Positions 20,365 to 29,128 of a DNA stretch of 49,851 nt are shown here, in pieces. Made by a program: the position numbers and the translations under genes. A model generated the notes under the pieces. That model was given only the letters and a program-made list of their open reading frames with translations, searched no databases and had not been told where the DNA came from. The stretch is from an uncultured Desulfobacteraceae bacterium (GTDB lineage: Bacteria > Desulfobacterota > Desulfobacteria > Desulfobacterales > CAZWAE01): the NCBI GenBank assembly GCA_964631805.1, contig CAZWAE010000004.1, forward strand, positions 9,661 through 59,511, read 5' to 3'. Position 1 is the stretch's first letter, and every line of letters begins with the position of its first letter.

Positions 20365-20819
20365 TTAAATCTGGCGGTGGCAGCTATGTTTTCCCGGTTG
20401 TCATTCACGCCCGGTATCACCGGCATACGTGCCTGGAGATGCTTTGTTTCTTTGGACAGCGTGATAAAGTTTTCCCGGATACGACCATTTCCCATCCCGA
20501 CGAACCTTATGTGCGCGTCGTTGTCCATCACCTTCAGGTCGTAAAAAAACAAGGTCCAGATGCGGCAGGAGATTTTTCATCTGCTGCCAGGCAAAAAAAC
20601 CGCAGGTTTCAATATTCACGTGAATATGTCTGTTTTTCAACTCAGGCAGAGATGTTGGTAAAATGCGATTTCAGGCTTTTTTCCCCACGACTCGGGGTTC
20701 TGGCACCACGCACAGCGCAACGGACATCCCTTGAAAAATACCGTCGTCCTGATCCCCGGTCCGTCATGCAGTGAAAATCTCTGGATATCAGATATGACGG
20801 CTTTTTCGGTTTTAGACAT
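20365..20819 (-). pseudogene. Glycyl-radical enzyme activating protein (radical SAM) relic
   Basis: Three frames give [34 protein letters not shown] / IHVNIETCG / YDLKVMD...RMPVIPGVND. The central ferredoxin and GGEP region is deleted and the 3' end is truncated. Confidence 0.85.
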
Positions 20820-20901
20820 CCTGAACCCTGCGGATTGCACCTGTAAATTTTGTTGGATAAGGGAACCGGATCAAACCTTTTGTGCCGATCCGCATGGACG
20901 A

Positions 20902-21648
20902 CTACAGCGAATCGGCCTTTCTTTCTGAAAATTCGGGTCGGTCATACCAGAGATGGCACAGGCGGCGGGAAAACAGGGCAAAAGGAAAAAGCATCAGGAT
21001 CAGGCTTGAAAAAAGAAGCCGGGCCGGTGAAAACCAATCCAGCTTGCGGACCGAGGTGACCACCGGAAGGTCTCTGATGACCCGGAATCGCTTTCCGTGG
21101 CGGAGAGCCCAGAGATGCATACGGATGGAAAACCAGATCTCTTCGCTGGCGTATACCCGTTCCGAGAAGCCGCCCACAGCCTCAAAAGCCCTTCTCTCAC
21201 AATAGATAAAGGATCCGGCCGCGATATTGAATCGCCTGGAAAACCGGTTCCATGTATTGAGTGCCGCCTGTGCTGAAGCTTCCATAGGCCGGTCCGGGGC
21301 CACAACCGTCCCTCCACCGGCAATGCGTCCTGATGCAAGGTTCTTCAGGGCCTGCCCGAGCAGCATCGACGTCAGGGTTGTGTCGGCATCCAGGAAGACA
21401 AAAAAACGCCCCTTTGCCGCCCGCGCGCCCGTGTTTCGCGCCCGGGCGATCTGATTGACCGGCTCGTATGCGACGGTTGCGCCCATGGAACGGGCGATTT
21501 TGGCAGTATCGTCGTCGGAGTTGTTGTCCACCACCACCACCTCCGCCGTCCCTGAAATGCCGGCCATAGCTGCGAATACGGATGTTAACGCCTGCGGTAG
21601 ATAGGCCTCTTCGTTGTAGGCGGGAATGATAATGGAATAGTCTGTCAT
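20902..21648 (-). CDS. Glycosyltransferase family 2
   Basis: SIIIPAYNEE, VVVVDNNSDDDT, ARARNTGA, FLDADT, GGFSE..ASEE. Confidence 0.9.
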   Translation of the reverse strand: MTDYSIIIPAYNEEAYLPQALTSVFAAMAGISGTAEVVVVDNNSDDDTAKIARSMGATVAYEPVNQIARARNTGARAAKGRFFVFLDADTTLTSMLLGQALKNLASGRIAGGGTVVAPDRPMEASAQAALNTWNRFSRRFNIAAGSFIYCERRAFEAVGGFSERVYASEEIWFSIRMHLWALRHGKRFRVIRDLPVVTSVRKLDWFSPARLLFSSLILMLFPFALFSRRLCHLWYDRPEFSERKADSL

Positions 21649-21809
21649 AGAAACACAGATTTAGATTTAGGGGAAAATGGGATCGGGCCGCGTCATGTGA
21701 TAGATGATAGGGACATTGTGCTAAAAAGCAAGCGGTTTTGCAATCAGGATATCTCCCGATTGGGTTGATGTTCATTGGATCAACCTGCACATTTTTTCAG
21801 GTTGATTGA

Positions 21810-21886
21810 TTCGATAATTTCGATTAATATAGATAAAGGATCGTTTTCAACGATTTATTTAGATACAATTCATCGCTATGAACGAT
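21810..21886. promoter_or_regulatory. Three LysR-type boxes (A/T)TCG-N7-CGAT
   Basis: TTCG-ATAATTT-CGAT 21810-21824, ATCG-TTTTCAA-CGAT 21840-21854, ATCG-CTATGAA-CGAT 21872-21886; each contains T-N11-A. Confidence 0.65.
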
Positions 21887-21898
21887 AGGAGGGGGGTA

Positions 21899-22786
21899 GT
21901 GGAATTCAGACAGCTCAGAACATTTCGCGTGGTTGCGGACCAGCTCAGCTTTACCAAGGCCGCCAAGCAGCTTTACATGGCCCAGTCCTCCATCTCCGCG
22001 CAGATCCGCGCCCTGGAGGAGGAACTCGACCTGAAGCTGTTCGACCGCATTGGCAGAAGGGTGCTCATTACAGATGCAGGTATGAAGCTCTATGAATACG
22101 CCCGGAGGATCCAGGAGATGACCGATGAGATCCACTCTGAGGTGACCGGAGAGAAGAATGTTCGCGGTGCCTTGACGGTCCGGGTACCCGAAACCCTGGC
22201 CACCCTGCATATGCCCGAGGTGGTGGAGCGATTTCACCGGGACAACCCACGCGTGAAACTGAGTCTCGTCAATTGCTCGGATCTTCAGCTTAGGGAGGAA
22301 CTCAATACCGGACGGATCGACCTGGCTTTTCTGATGACCGATTCTATTCATTTCAAGGAAGTCAATGTCCGGATGCTCAAAACCGAGATCCTGATTTTCA
22401 TTTCCGGTCTCCGGCATGAACTGACCTGTTTGAAAAAAATGACCATGGGGGATCTGGAGGGTCATACGGCGCTGCTTCCCAAAAGCGATTGAAGCTACCG
22501 CCGGGCATTCGAGCGGTCGCTCGAAGAGGAAGGCGTTTCGATCCGCAAACTCGAGTTCTCCAGCATCAACAGCCTGCGACGCTGTCTGAAAAGGGGCATG
22601 GGTTTTACCGTTTGTCCCCTTCGCTCGGTTCAGCAGGAGCTGGATGAGGGCAGCCTTACCAGGCTCGACTGGAGGGGTCCGGAATTAGAGACATCCGTCA
22701 TCATGATTTGGCACGCGGAAAAGTGGTGTTCCCCTTTGCTCAGGCATTTCATGTCCCTGTGCGAAACCGTTATGGCGGAGGGGTAG
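21899..22786 (+). CDS. LysR family transcriptional regulator with in-frame TGA (probable selenocysteine, residue 198)
   Basis: GTG start after AGGAGG; LysR HTH FRQLRTF...SFTKAAKQLYMAQSSISAQIRALEEEL. The frame continues through TGA 22490-22492 (PKSD*SYRRAFE) into the 22598..22786 ORF, giving 295 aa. A hairpin follows the TGA. Confidence 0.8.
22508..22525 (+). other. Candidate bacterial SECIS hairpin TTCGAGC-GGTC-GCTCGAA
   Basis: Perfect 7-bp stem with a G-initiated apical loop beginning 23 nt after the in-frame UGA. Confidence 0.65.
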
Positions 22787-22817
22787 GTGCTTGGCTGTGG
22801 GAATTAAATAGCTTTTG

Positions 22818-22973
22818 ATGGGTGCCCGGCCCGGGGAGCGCAACGAGCCGGCGTATCTGGTCACCGCCATCCGGGCCATTGCGGAGATCAAGGATTTGAA
22901 CGTTGAAACGGTGGTTTCCCAGATCAGCCGGAACACCGCAAAGTTATATGGGATTAAACAGGAGACAACATGA
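22818..22973 (+). pseudogene. 3' remnant of a TatD-family hydrolase
   Basis: Translates to GERNEPAYLVTAIRAIAEIKDLNVETVVSQISRNTAKLYG, the TatD C-terminal signature. Its stop overlaps the next ATG (ATGA). Confidence 0.72.
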
Positions 22974-23539
22974 CGGACTTTTTGACGGTGGTGGCACTGG
23001 GCAACAGCCTGACCGAAGGATTCGGGGTGGCCCCCCACGACGCCTACACGGTGAAACTCGAGGCCCTGTTGAAACAGCAGGGCATAAACTGCCGGATGAT
23101 CAACGCCGGTATCAGCGGTGATACCTGCCGCGGGGTGCTGAGCCGGCTGCACCTAATCCGGAGCATGGACCCGGATCTGGTGATCCTGGAGATCGGTATC
23201 AATGATGTGCTGATGGGCGCCATGACCGAACGGATCCAGGCCAATGTGAGTGCCATTGTGGAAAAAATTCTGTCCTGGGACACTGTTGTGGCCCTGGCCG
23301 GCATGGAGCTTCCCCCCATGGGCAATCCGGACATAGAGAAAACTTTTGCGGCCCTCTACATTGCTGTGGCCGAAAGCTTCGATCTGCCCTTCATTCCCGG
23401 GTTCACAGCTCCGCTGTGGGCAGAACCCGGGCGCGTGCAGTACGACGGCCTGCATCCGAATGGTGCCGGTTACGAGGCCATTGCCAACCACATTGCGCCC
23501 TGGGTGATCCGGGCGCTGAAACGCGTTTCCGTCGCATAG
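22970..23539 (+). CDS. Arylesterase / acyl-CoA thioesterase I (SGNH hydrolase)
   Basis: ALGNSLTEGFG, NAGISGDT, EIGIND, DGLHPNGAGY. Confidence 0.88.
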   Translation: MTDFLTVVALGNSLTEGFGVAPHDAYTVKLEALLKQQGINCRMINAGISGDTCRGVLSRLHLIRSMDPDLVILEIGINDVLMGAMTERIQANVSAIVEKILSWDTVVALAGMELPPMGNPDIEKTFAALYIAVAESFDLPFIPGFTAPLWAEPGRVQYDGLHPNGAGYEAIANHIAPWVIRALKRVSVA

Positions 23540-23649
23540 TCGGGATACAAGCCTAATACCTGGGCTCCGGATGAGAAGCATGTGTTCGGTAGCGGGATCG
23601 GTGGGATCAACTATCTGATCATGAATATCCGGTATCCAAATAAATTTAG

Positions 23650-24732
23650 ATGAAAGGATTGATCGTGGCCAAATTGTTTTCGCCTTTAAAATTGAAAGAA
23701 ATTATGTTCAGAAATCGGATTTTCGTTTCCCCTATGTGTCAGTACTCCTGTAAGGATGGCATGCCCAACGACTGGCATCTGGTGCATCTGGGCTCCCGTG
23801 CGGTGGGGGGTGCCGGTCTGGTGATAGCAGAGGCTGCTGCCGTCTCTGCCGAGGGGCGGATTTCCCCCGGGGATTGCGGCATCTGGTCCGATGCACAGGC
23901 AGCGGCATTCAAACCCATTACCGCATTTATCGAAGCCCAGGGATCGGTTCCGGGGATTCAGATCGCACATGCCGGAAGAAAGGCCTCAACGGATCTACCA
24001 TGGCGTGGCGGTCATCCCTTACCGGAAGGAGATGGCGGTTGGCAACCCATTGCGCCCAGCCCCGTACCCTTTGATGATGCGCACTCCGTTCCGCGGGAGA
24101 TGACCGAAACCGACATGGATCGGGTGGTCGGTGAGTTTGCCTTGGCCGCCGAAAGGAGTCTTGCGGCCGGTTTTAAAGTGCTGGAGCTGCACATGGCCCA
24201 TGGGTACCTGATGCATCAATTCTTGTCTCCCATATCCAATCTCCGGGAGGATCAGTGGGGCGGGACATTGGAAAATCGACAGTCTTTTCCCCTTCTGGTA
24301 GCAGCGGCCGTTCGAAAAGTATGGCCTGAAAACCTGCCGCTGTTTGTCCGCATCTCCTGTACCGACTGGGTTGATAACGGCTGGGACCTTTCCCAGTCCA
24401 TCGATCTTTCAGGCCGGCTCAAGGTGCTGGGTGTTGATCTTATCGATTGTTCCAGCGGTGGAACCGTCCCTGATGCCCGGATTCCCGCCGGTCCCGGTTT
24501 TCAGGCCGTGTTTTCAGCAGCGGTCCGCAACACCGTCGGGATTGACACCGGAGCCGTTGGTTTCATCACATCACCTTTCCAGGCGGAACAGGTTCTGGTC
24601 ACAGGGCAGGCCGATGCCGTTTTGCTGGGGAGAGAATTATTGCGGTCGCCTTACTGGCCGCTGAGCGCTGCGGCTGATCTGGGGGTTGATCTTCACTGGC
24701 CGGATCAATACAAACGGGCCAAACCTGTGTGA
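23650..24732 (+). CDS. NADH:flavin oxidoreductase, Old Yellow Enzyme YqjM/NamA-like
   Basis: RNRIFVSPMCQYS, QIAHAGRKAS, ELHMAHGYL.HQFLSP, GRELLRSPYW. Start may be GTG near 23674. Confidence 0.93.
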   Translation: MKGLIVAKLFSPLKLKEIMFRNRIFVSPMCQYSCKDGMPNDWHLVHLGSRAVGGAGLVIAEAAAVSAEGRISPGDCGIWSDAQAAAFKPITAFIEAQGSVPGIQIAHAGRKASTDLPWRGGHPLPEGDGGWQPIAPSPVPFDDAHSVPREMTETDMDRVVGEFALAAERSLAAGFKVLELHMAHGYLMHQFLSPISNLREDQWGGTLENRQSFPLLVAAAVRKVWPENLPLFVRISCTDWVDNGWDLSQSIDLSGRLKVLGVDLIDCSSGGTVPDARIPAGPGFQAVFSAAVRNTVGIDTGAVGFITSPFQAEQVLVTGQADAVLLGRELLRSPYWPLSAAADLGVDLHWPDQYKRAKPV

Positions 24733-24789
24733 GCACATTACATCTTTCGGAGTAAAACCTTTTATTTACGCAACCCCAAGGGAATTACT

Positions 24790-25374
24790 ATGAAAATCAT
24801 CGATTCAACGGTTGTAAGCAAAAGTAAATTCGTGACGCTGGTTGCGGTGACGTATGAGGATCAGAAGGGTAACACCAAGCGGTGGCACATGGTCAGCCGG
24901 GGGGAGAAGCCGAAATGCATTACCGGCAAGATCCGGCGCCCTGATGCGGCGATCATTGTCCCTTATCACCGCCGGGAAAATAAGCTGGTGGTGATCAAGG
25001 AGTTCCGGATCCCCGTAGGCGGCTACCAGTACGGTTTCCCCGCCGGGCTATTGGACCCCGGCGAAGATCTTGCATCTGCGGCGGGCAGGGAGTTGCATGA
25101 AGAGACCGGTCTGGATATGGTGAGGGTAACCCGCTACAGCCCGGCCATTTTTTCCTCTGCAGGTATTACGGACGAGGCCATCGCCATGGTTTTTGCCGAG
25201 GTCGAGGGTACCCCCGGCATCCTCCACAATGAGGATTCAGAAGACATCCAGGTCTTTCTGATGGATCGGCATGAGGTGCGGAGCCTGCTGGACCGCAGCG
25301 ATATCGTTTTCGGTGCGCGGTCCTGGCTGGTGATGGACGCGTTTGTGCGCATGGGTAAAGAGTATTTTGAATGA
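24790..25374 (+). CDS. NUDIX hydrolase (ADP-ribose pyrophosphatase-like)
   Basis: Nudix box PAGLLDPGEDLASAAGRELHEETGL. Confidence 0.9.
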   Translation: MKIIDSTVVSKSKFVTLVAVTYEDQKGNTKRWHMVSRGEKPKCITGKIRRPDAAIIVPYHRRENKLVVIKEFRIPVGGYQYGFPAGLLDPGEDLASAAGRELHEETGLDMVRVTRYSPAIFSSAGITDEAIAMVFAEVEGTPGILHNEDSEDIQVFLMDRHEVRSLLDRSDIVFGARSWLVMDAFVRMGKEYFE

Positions 25375-25438
25375 AATAACTTTCCCTTCCATGTCGAAAC
25401 CCTTGACAAATAGATCGGAAAGCCGGAACGGGGTATAG

Positions 25439-25675
25439 ATGAACAAGGAAAATGAGTGCAAACCGGATGCGGCTGTTTTACTGAAACTGGCAGAGATGCG
25501 AATGCCGTTTGGCAAGTACAAGGAGCGACGGCTGATCGATCTGCCCGAGCCTTATGTGGTCTGGTGGGCCCATAAAGGATTTCCGGAAGGACAATTGGGC
25601 GATATGTTGCGAATGGTTTACGAGATCAAAGTAAACGGTCTGGAATATCTTTTTAAGCCACTGAGGGATCTATAG
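25439..25675 (+). CDS. DUF3820 family protein
   Basis: MPFGKYKERRLIDLPEPYVVWW..KGFPEGQLG...YEIKVNGLEYL. Confidence 0.88.
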   Translation: MNKENECKPDAAVLLKLAEMRMPFGKYKERRLIDLPEPYVVWWAHKGFPEGQLGDMLRMVYEIKVNGLEYLFKPLRDL

Positions 25676-25677
25676 AT

Positions 25678-26649
25678 TCATCTGACTTCCCGCCTGAAAA
25701 TACCCGCGTTTTTACCCTCGGACGTCACATATAGCGCCCTGCTGTCGGCGGCAAAACAGACGGCTTCACGCTGGCGCAGATCGCTGCGGTCCTGGGGAAG
25801 CGGGAGGGGGATGGTGACGGGATTTCCGCCCAATGACGCCGCCCACGATTCGTGATGCCTGCGTTCAAACAGGTAGGCGTGCTTGTAGGTGAGCACCACG
25901 GCATAACGGTTGTCGGGGGACAGGTCCAGAGAGGTGGGCTGGGATCGGAAAAATCCGTACTTTTGCATCAGATCTCCGTCCGAAGGCGGTGGGATTCGGC
26001 CGACCGTTCCGATTTTTTGAGCCGTCACCGGCCGGTCGCCGGGAGGCGGAAATAGCGGAACCTCGTACAGGAGTGGCGGATTGTCGCGTTTGGTGAGGAT
26101 AAGGATGGTTTGTCCCACTGGGTCCACGGCCACAGCCTCTGCGTCATGTCTCCCGTCCGGATAGGAAAAGAGGATACGCCGGGCCACCGGGATTTCAGTC
26201 GGTTCCCTAAAGTGTTTTCCGCTAAGACGGGGTTCCTCGACGATGTAAAGTGTGTGGGTGTCATACCTCCTATCGTTGTCGCCGAAGTCCGCGATGAGGA
26301 TCATGGGGCGGTCGGCACTCCGAAACATGTCCATTCCCTCCCAATCCCGGTTTTCAGCGCCAGCAACCCGCACCCGACCCCGGCTGCGGCCGTCACCGCC
26401 CAGGGCATACAGGAATGGCTCGTTGCCGCCGTCATTGATGGCCCAGAAAAGATCGCCGGCGGCAAGGGAGGGCTCCATACCGGAGCATTCGACAAGCCGG
26501 CGGTCCTCTATTTGCCCGATCCTTTTCACTCCTTGCGATGCAGGCCCGTCGTTTTGCGGACCCGACGGGTTTTTTTCTGCCCACGAGCAGCTCAGCAGGC
26601 TGAACAGGAATAGCGATAGCACCCATAGATATCTTCCGGGAATTATCAT
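25678..26649 (-). CDS. Hypothetical lipoprotein, probable beta-propeller
   Basis: Signal peptide with lipobox-like LLSC; conserved-looking ECSG, WAINDGG, NRDWEG, IADFGDN, DAEA, QREAV, LYVTSEG blocks. Confidence 0.7.
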   Translation of the reverse strand: MIIPGRYLWVLSLFLFSLLSCSWAEKNPSGPQNDGPASQGVKRIGQIEDRRLVECSGMEPSLAAGDLFWAINDGGNEPFLYALGGDGRSRGRVRVAGAENRDWEGMDMFRSADRPMILIADFGDNDRRYDTHTLYIVEEPRLSGKHFREPTEIPVARRILFSYPDGRHDAEAVAVDPVGQTILILTKRDNPPLLYEVPLFPPPGDRPVTAQKIGTVGRIPPPSDGDLMQKYGFFRSQPTSLDLSPDNRYAVVLTYKHAYLFERRHHESWAASLGGNPVTIPLPLPQDRSDLRQREAVCFAADSRALYVTSEGKNAGIFRREVR

Positions 26650-26887
26650 TCAGGCACCCTCACAGATGGATCTTGATTTGTAATGAATAGGGCCGTTTTT
26701 TAGAATCATGGGGCTGGCCCGAATAAAATATTTGCTGTCGCCTTATAATATGCTAAATCTTCATTTCCGGCAATAAGGTGGTGCATTAATGGCAGCCGGG
26801 AGTGAAATTTTCATATCTTGAAGGGTTGGTCGGGTTCAAATTTTCAATTAATTGTACCAGGGCTTAAACATCGAAAGGATCGGTATC

Positions 26888-27526
26888 ATGGGTATTGAAA
26901 TATTGGGAATCTCCGGGAGTCCGGTGAAAAACAGCAACACGGATCGACTCGTTAAAGCGGTATTGGAAGTATCCGGCCTTAAGTCCGAATTTGTGAAACT
27001 CAGCGATATTACCGTCCGGCCCTGCATCGCCTGTAAAAGATGCGTACCGGACAATGTCTGCAAGGTTCAGGATGATTTTCCGGGGCTTTCGGAAAAGATA
27101 AAAAATACCAAAGCGATGGTTTTGGGTTCATATATCCCCTATGGGCAGATAGATGGCTTTACGAAAGCGCTCTTGGAGAGATTCTGGTCGCTGAGGCATG
27201 TGAACAACCTGTTGAACGGCAAGCTATGTGCCACGATTCTGACCGGCCTGATTCCCGATGCCACAACTTATGTCAATCAGGCATTGGCGACGGAGTTGAG
27301 GGATTATGAACGGATGGAACTTGTCGGGCAAATTACAATCAGTGGAAATCTTCCCTGTTTGACGTGCGGCAGGGGAGACGAGTGCCGGATGAGCGGGTTG
27401 GAATTGATGTACGGACCCGATGCCAAGACATCCGATATCGACTATTCACGAGTTGAGGATCAGAGGGAAGTATGGGAAGAGGCGTTGCAAATCGGTTATC
27501 GGATGGGCAAACGGATCACCGCCTGA
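26888..27526 (+). CDS. Iron-sulfur flavoprotein / NADPH-dependent FMN reductase (flavodoxin family)
   Basis: ILGISGSPVKNSNT, CIACKRC...C cluster motif, extra C-terminal CLTCGRGDEC. Confidence 0.85.
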   Translation: MGIEILGISGSPVKNSNTDRLVKAVLEVSGLKSEFVKLSDITVRPCIACKRCVPDNVCKVQDDFPGLSEKIKNTKAMVLGSYIPYGQIDGFTKALLERFWSLRHVNNLLNGKLCATILTGLIPDATTYVNQALATELRDYERMELVGQITISGNLPCLTCGRGDECRMSGLELMYGPDAKTSDIDYSRVEDQREVWEEALQIGYRMGKRITA

Positions 27527-27531
27527 AATTT

Positions 27532-28800
27532 TCATTCTGAGATATCCAATATGTTGAGTTTCAGGCTGGAGAACGTGGCCAGCAGAAGACCGCCAGCCGC
27601 GGTGATAAAGGCCCATTCATATGATCCCGTGTGATCAAAGATCCAACCGGCCAGATAGGGGCCCGCAGCGGAGCCCAGACCCCAGCTGATCATGAGAATA
27701 CCCATCATGGTGCCTACCTTGGCGGTTCCGAAAACGTCCGTCACCACGGCGATCACCGGCGGATCTCCTCCGCCGAAGGCCATGCCGAAGAGGACGGCGA
27801 ACAGATAGATCATCCAGGGACGGTCGGCTGCAGCCAGAAAAATCATGCAAAAGGCCATGACCATCGTCAGGACGGCGATCAGCCGGCGTCGGTCCATCCG
27901 GTCGGCCACCACGCCCCCGGCCAGGCGTGACACTGCACTTATCCCTGTCATGATACTCATCACGGAGGCGGCCTGCATGGGCGCGAGCCCGATGTCCTGT
28001 GCCAAAGGGACAATATGGGTGACCACCATGTACAGGCAGAACGAAAACCAGAACCATACCAGGTTCAGGTACCAGAAGCTGCGGCTTTGGATCGCCCCGA
28101 TGATGGAAAAGTCAGGTTTCGTATCGGGGCCGGCATCGGGATCTACTGCTAAACGGGGATCGCCGTCGGGTCCGGCCCCGATTTCTGCCGGGTCCTGCTT
28201 CAGCAGCAGGGCCCCCGGGATGATCAACATCCAGGCCATGATGCCGGTCACCACATAGGCGGTGCGCCACTGGTAGGCACCGATCAGCCAAGCGCTCACC
28301 GGCGCCATCGCCACTGTCCCCAGAGACGCCCCGGCACCCAGGATGCCCATGGCGGTGGCTCTTTTTCGGGTAAACCAGCGTGAGGCGGTGGACATGACGA
28401 TGATGTACATTCCCCCGGTACCGGCCGCCAGCAGCACGCTGTAAGTGAAGTAGAGCTGCCACAGGGACTGTACCTGGGCGGTCAGGATAAGGCTGACGCC
28501 GCTGATCATCCCCATGATCACCACCACCGGTTTGGGTCCGTAGCGGTCCACGGCCCGCCCGCAGAGAATGGAAAATACACCCGTCAGCAGCAGGTACAGT
28601 GAAAAGGCCCCGGAGGTGGCGGCCCGGTTCCAGGAAAATTCCGATTGCAGGGATGAGAAGAAAACGCTGAACGAGTAACTGATGCCGAAACAGGTCGCCA
28701 TCAGCAAGGTGCCGGCGGCGATGACGATCCAGCCATAGAAAATGTTGAAAGGACCGTTGCCGGCGGTGTCTACGGCTCGATGGTTAGGGGCAATGTCCAT
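27532..28800 (-). CDS. MFS transporter (OFA/MCT-like)
   Basis: About 12 TM segments; YGWIVI, GRAVDRYGPK, WFTRKRATAMG, GPYLAGWIFD. Start chosen at MDIAPN. Confidence 0.9.
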   Translation of the reverse strand: MDIAPNHRAVDTAGNGPFNIFYGWIVIAAGTLLMATCFGISYSFSVFFSSLQSEFSWNRAATSGAFSLYLLLTGVFSILCGRAVDRYGPKPVVVIMGMISGVSLILTAQVQSLWQLYFTYSVLLAAGTGGMYIIVMSTASRWFTRKRATAMGILGAGASLGTVAMAPVSAWLIGAYQWRTAYVVTGIMAWMLIIPGALLLKQDPAEIGAGPDGDPRLAVDPDAGPDTKPDFSIIGAIQSRSFWYLNLVWFWFSFCLYMVVTHIVPLAQDIGLAPMQAASVMSIMTGISAVSRLAGGVVADRMDRRRLIAVLTMVMAFCMIFLAAADRPWMIYLFAVLFGMAFGGGDPPVIAVVTDVFGTAKVGTMMGILMISWGLGSAAGPYLAGWIFDHTGSYEWAFITAAGGLLLATFSSLKLNILDISE

Positions 28801-29128
28801 ATGGTTTTCCCAAAACAGCGCCATGGTTGAACATACGTTGGTTGTGTCCATAAACAGCTAGCGGCGCGACTATGGCAGGAGTTGAGAGGGAATGTCAACG
28901 AAGGAAGACGAAAGGTTCGGATTTGGATAAAACCCCGCCGGTTCCCTGTTACGGAGAACCTGTGGGGTGCTGGGCCGTAATTCGTAATCCTTTTGCAGAG
29001 TTGACAAGCTCAATCGTTCCCAATGACGGCATGATCTGCAATTTCGCCGGGTCCATTGCCATAACGGCAGCGGCATCAGTTGAAAAGAGTGGATTGAAAT
29101 CATGTGGCCGGCCTGCTATTGTAGGTAT

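Noticed and set aside
20637-20639. TGA at a CxxC position (CLS*) in the activase as a possible second selenocysteine
   Set aside because: The frame does not continue as activase after the TGA; the codon is created by the deletion junction.
28860-29100. Possible riboswitch or small gene upstream of the MFS transporter
   Set aside because: No cobalamin, TPP, SAM or FMN consensus could be matched, and none of the short ORFs has a convincing family signature.
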